From: Candidatus Latescibacterota bacterium
Lineage (GTDB): Bacteria; Latescibacterota; UBA2968; GCA-2709665
Length of the DNA stretch: 64,000 bases
Assembly (NCBI GenBank): GCA_965219995.1
Contig: CBDCOX010000002.1
Coordinates: forward strand, 288,001 to 352,000
Direction of reading: 5' to 3'
The notes under the pieces are model-generated. The model was given only the letters and a program-made list of their open reading frames with translations, had not been told where the DNA came from and ran no database searches. This document shows, piece by piece, positions 61,679-64,000 of this stretch. The number at the start of each line of letters is the position of its first letter. The first letter of the stretch is position 1. The translations under genes and the position numbers were made by a program.

Positions 61679-62140
61679 ATGGAACCAGGAAAGTTCAAGC
61701 CCCCCAAGGGCGCGGTCACGAATCGGAAACGGCTTGGCTGCGGCGTCGGATCCGGCTGTGGAAAGACCAGCGGAAAGGGACACAAGGGTCAGAAGTCGCG
61801 TTCGGGCGCCAAGTTGAGGCCGTGGTTTGAAGGCGGGCAGATGCCGTTGCAGCGCAGACTTCCCAAAGTCGGATTCAACAACCCGTTGAAGGTGGTCTAT
61901 CAGGTCGTTAATCTGGACGATATCGTCAAACGGGGATTGTCCGGGCCGGTGACACCCGAACAATTGAAACAGTCGGGTCTGATACGGTCGATCCGGCGGC
62001 CGGTGAAAGTTCTGGGGCGAGGTGACGTCTCCGATCCCTTACAGGTTCATGTGCATGCGGCATCCAGGTCGGCCAAAGAGAAAATCGAATCGGCCGGAGG
62101 AAGCGTCACTCTGATCGACGCGGGTTCCGGGGCGGGTTAA
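61679..62140 (+). CDS. rplO: 50S ribosomal protein L15
   Basis: GHKGQKSRSG, FEGGQMPL.RRLPK.GF. Confidence 0.96.
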   Translation: MEPGKFKPPKGAVTNRKRLGCGVGSGCGKTSGKGHKGQKSRSGAKLRPWFEGGQMPLQRRLPKVGFNNPLKVVYQVVNLDDIVKRGLSGPVTPEQLKQSGLIRSIRRPVKVLGRGDVSDPLQVHVHAASRSAKEKIESAGGSVTLIDAGSGAG

Positions 62141-62158
62141 TCGGCAGAGGAGGCGGCG

Positions 62159-63496
62159 GTGCTCCAGAGTTTCCAGAGTGCCTTTCGAATCCCCGAGTTA
62201 CGGAATCGTATCCTGTTTACGCTTGGGATTCTGGTGATCTTCCGGGTTGGGACGTATGTGACCATACCCGGCATCGATCCCAGGGCCCTGGACGAATACT
62301 TCAGCAGTGCCGCAACGGGCGTCCTGGGATTCTACGACATGTTTGCGGGCGGCGCATTCGGCCGCGCGACTGTCTTTGCGCTGGGTATCATGCCGTATAT
62401 CAGCGCCTCGATCATCCTTCAGCTGATGGGCGCCGTCATTCCCTTTTTGCAGAAACTGCAGAAGGAGGGTGAAGAGGGGCGGAAGAAGATCACCCAATAT
62501 ACCCGCTACGGGACCGTTGCGCTGGCGGCCGCTCAGTCGTTCGGTGTCAGCCTGTTTATGGAAAGCCTCCGGTCGCCCATCACGGGAATGCTGGTGGTTC
62601 CGGATCCGGGCCTGGGCTTTCGCCTGCTGACGATACTGACGATTACCGCCGGTACCGTATTCGTTATGTGGCTGGGAGAACAGATCGATGACCGGGGTAT
62701 CGGCAACGGCATGTCGATGTTGATCTTCATTGGGATTATCGCCCGCGCGCCCGCGGCCGTGATTCAGGAGTATCAGGACTTCGTGGCCAACAATAAGCCT
62801 ATCCTGCTCGAGCTGTTCGTGGTCGTCATCATTGTCGCGGTTACCGCGCTGGTGGTTCTCATTACGCAGGGTACGAGAAAAATACCGGTACAATATGCCA
62901 AACGTGTCGTGGGCCGGCGTGTATACGGAGGCCAGAGCACACACATTCCGCTGAAGGTGAATACCTCGGGAGTGATGCCGATCATATTCGCGCAGGCCAT
63001 CATGTTTTTGCCGTCCACTTTGGCCAATTTCTTCCCGATGAACGAGTGGGTGCAGGATATGGCATCCCGGTTTTCGCCGGCAACCACCCTGCATGCGCTT
63101 CCGTACTGGATACTCTATTCCTCAATGATCATCTTTTTCGCATATTTTTATACGGCAATCGTCTTCAACCCTGTAGACCTGGCCGATAATATGAAGCGGC
63201 AGGGCGGGTTCATTCCCGGCATCCGTCCCGGCAAGCGCACCTCCGATTTCATCGATCGGATTCTGACCCGGATAACGCTTCCCGGGTCCATCTTTCTGGC
63301 GGCGATCGCGGTCTTCCCGTTTTTCGTCATCAGTTGGGCCGATGTGAATCCCGGTCTGATCGACTTCTTCGGGGGCACCGGGCTTTTGATTATCGTGGGT
63401 GTGGCGCTCGACACGTTACAGAGGGTGGAATCACATCTCCTGATGCGCCACTACGACGGCTTTATGAAAAAGGGCAGGCTCAGAGGCCGAAGGTGA
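62159..63496 (+). CDS. secY: Preprotein translocase SecY
   Basis: [38 protein letters not shown]. Confidence 0.98.
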   Translation: MLQSFQSAFRIPELRNRILFTLGILVIFRVGTYVTIPGIDPRALDEYFSSAATGVLGFYDMFAGGAFGRATVFALGIMPYISASIILQLMGAVIPFLQKLQKEGEEGRKKITQYTRYGTVALAAAQSFGVSLFMESLRSPITGMLVVPDPGLGFRLLTILTITAGTVFVMWLGEQIDDRGIGNGMSMLIFIGIIARAPAAVIQEYQDFVANNKPILLELFVVVIIVAVTALVVLITQGTRKIPVQYAKRVVGRRVYGGQSTHIPLKVNTSGVMPIIFAQAIMFLPSTLANFFPMNEWVQDMASRFSPATTLHALPYWILYSSMIIFFAYFYTAIVFNPVDLADNMKRQGGFIPGIRPGKRTSDFIDRILTRITLPGSIFLAAIAVFPFFVISWADVNPGLIDFFGGTGLLIIVGVALDTLQRVESHLLMRHYDGFMKKGRLRGRR

Positions 63497-63512
63497 TCGA
63501 AAGGATTTCAGA

Positions 63513-63629
63513 ATGAGGGTTCGCGCGTCGGTCAAGAAACGATGCAATCACTGCAAGATCATCCGGAGAAAGGGCGTGGTCCGGGTGATATGCAAACACG
63601 ATCCAAGTCATAAACAGCGACAGGGCTAG
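63513..63629 (+). CDS. rpmJ: 50S ribosomal protein L36 (below the ORF-track cutoff)
   Basis: [38 protein letters not shown]. Confidence 0.96.
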   Translation: MRVRASVKKRCNHCKIIRRKGVVRVICKHDPSHKQRQG

Positions 63630-63802
63630 TGTTCCGTCCCGATAACAGGCGACCCGAGTTCGGCCGTCGAATCGCCCGTCCGGTATCCCTTCGACCCTTT
63701 GACGACCCTTCGGCAAGTTCAGGCCGGGGATCGGGGAACCGCGCATGAGCAGGACGGGATGAATCGGCGGATGAATGGTGACATTTCCCCGGGGCGGGAA
63801 CC
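63629..63802. mobile_element. MITE copy 4 (diverged)
   Basis: CTA|GTGTTCCGTCCC left end at the rpmJ stop; GACGGGATGAATCGGCGGATGAATGGTGA right part; right TIR decayed, so the end is approximate. Confidence 0.7.
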
Positions 63803-63837
63803 GGGACCCTCGGAAACCGAACAAAGGAGGAGAATCC

Positions 63838-64000
63838 ATGGCACGTATCGCAGGGGTAGACGTGCCGCGCGATAAGCGGGTGGAAATCGCGCTGACATAC
63901 ATTTACGGTATTGGCAGAAGTTCCTCAAACCGGATTCTGGAGAAGACGCAGATTTCCCCGGATACACGCGTTGACGCGTTGAGCGAGGAAGACGTTACCA
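63838..64000 (+). CDS. rpsM: 30S ribosomal protein S13 (3' truncated by window edge)
   Basis: AAGGAGG RBS; [23 protein letters not shown]. Confidence 0.97.
   Translation, partial: MARIAGVDVPRDKRVEIALTYIYGIGRSSSNRILEKTQISPDTRVDALSEEDVT

Overview
GC-rich bacterial chromosomal window, almost entirely + strand. Ribosomal-protein signatures, a MoxR/Bat operon and a dockerin-like/LRR protein suggest an FCB-group bacterium (Latescibacterota/Gemmatimonadota-like, possibly host- or sponge-associated); this is inference. 1-17 kb is accessory: catabolic enzymes, orphan and decayed toxin-antitoxin genes, a RAYT transposase with its own GTAG REP doublets, a polyamine-type ABC importer, a plant-type LRR protein and an AAA/PD-(D/E)XK protein. 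17-31 kb is a MoxR-DUF58-Bat operon interrupted by a GldA/F/G-DUF4340 ABC cassette. 31-35.5 kb holds a plant-type threonine synthase and a plant-type cystathionine gamma-synthase, the latter under a transcription-terminating SAM-II riboswitch. 35.8-64 kb holds four tRNAs, secE-nusG-rplKAJL-rpoBC and the str, S10 and spc operons up to a partial rpsM. Highlights: a plant-like Thr/Met branch point, rifamycin- and streptomycin-resistance-type residues in RpoB and S12, a 162-bp TA-flanked MITE at stop codons inside ribosomal operons, 9-nt-period triplet repeats splitting the tRNA cluster, and unassigned structured RNA candidates. All family calls come from motif recognition by eye; no database searches were run.
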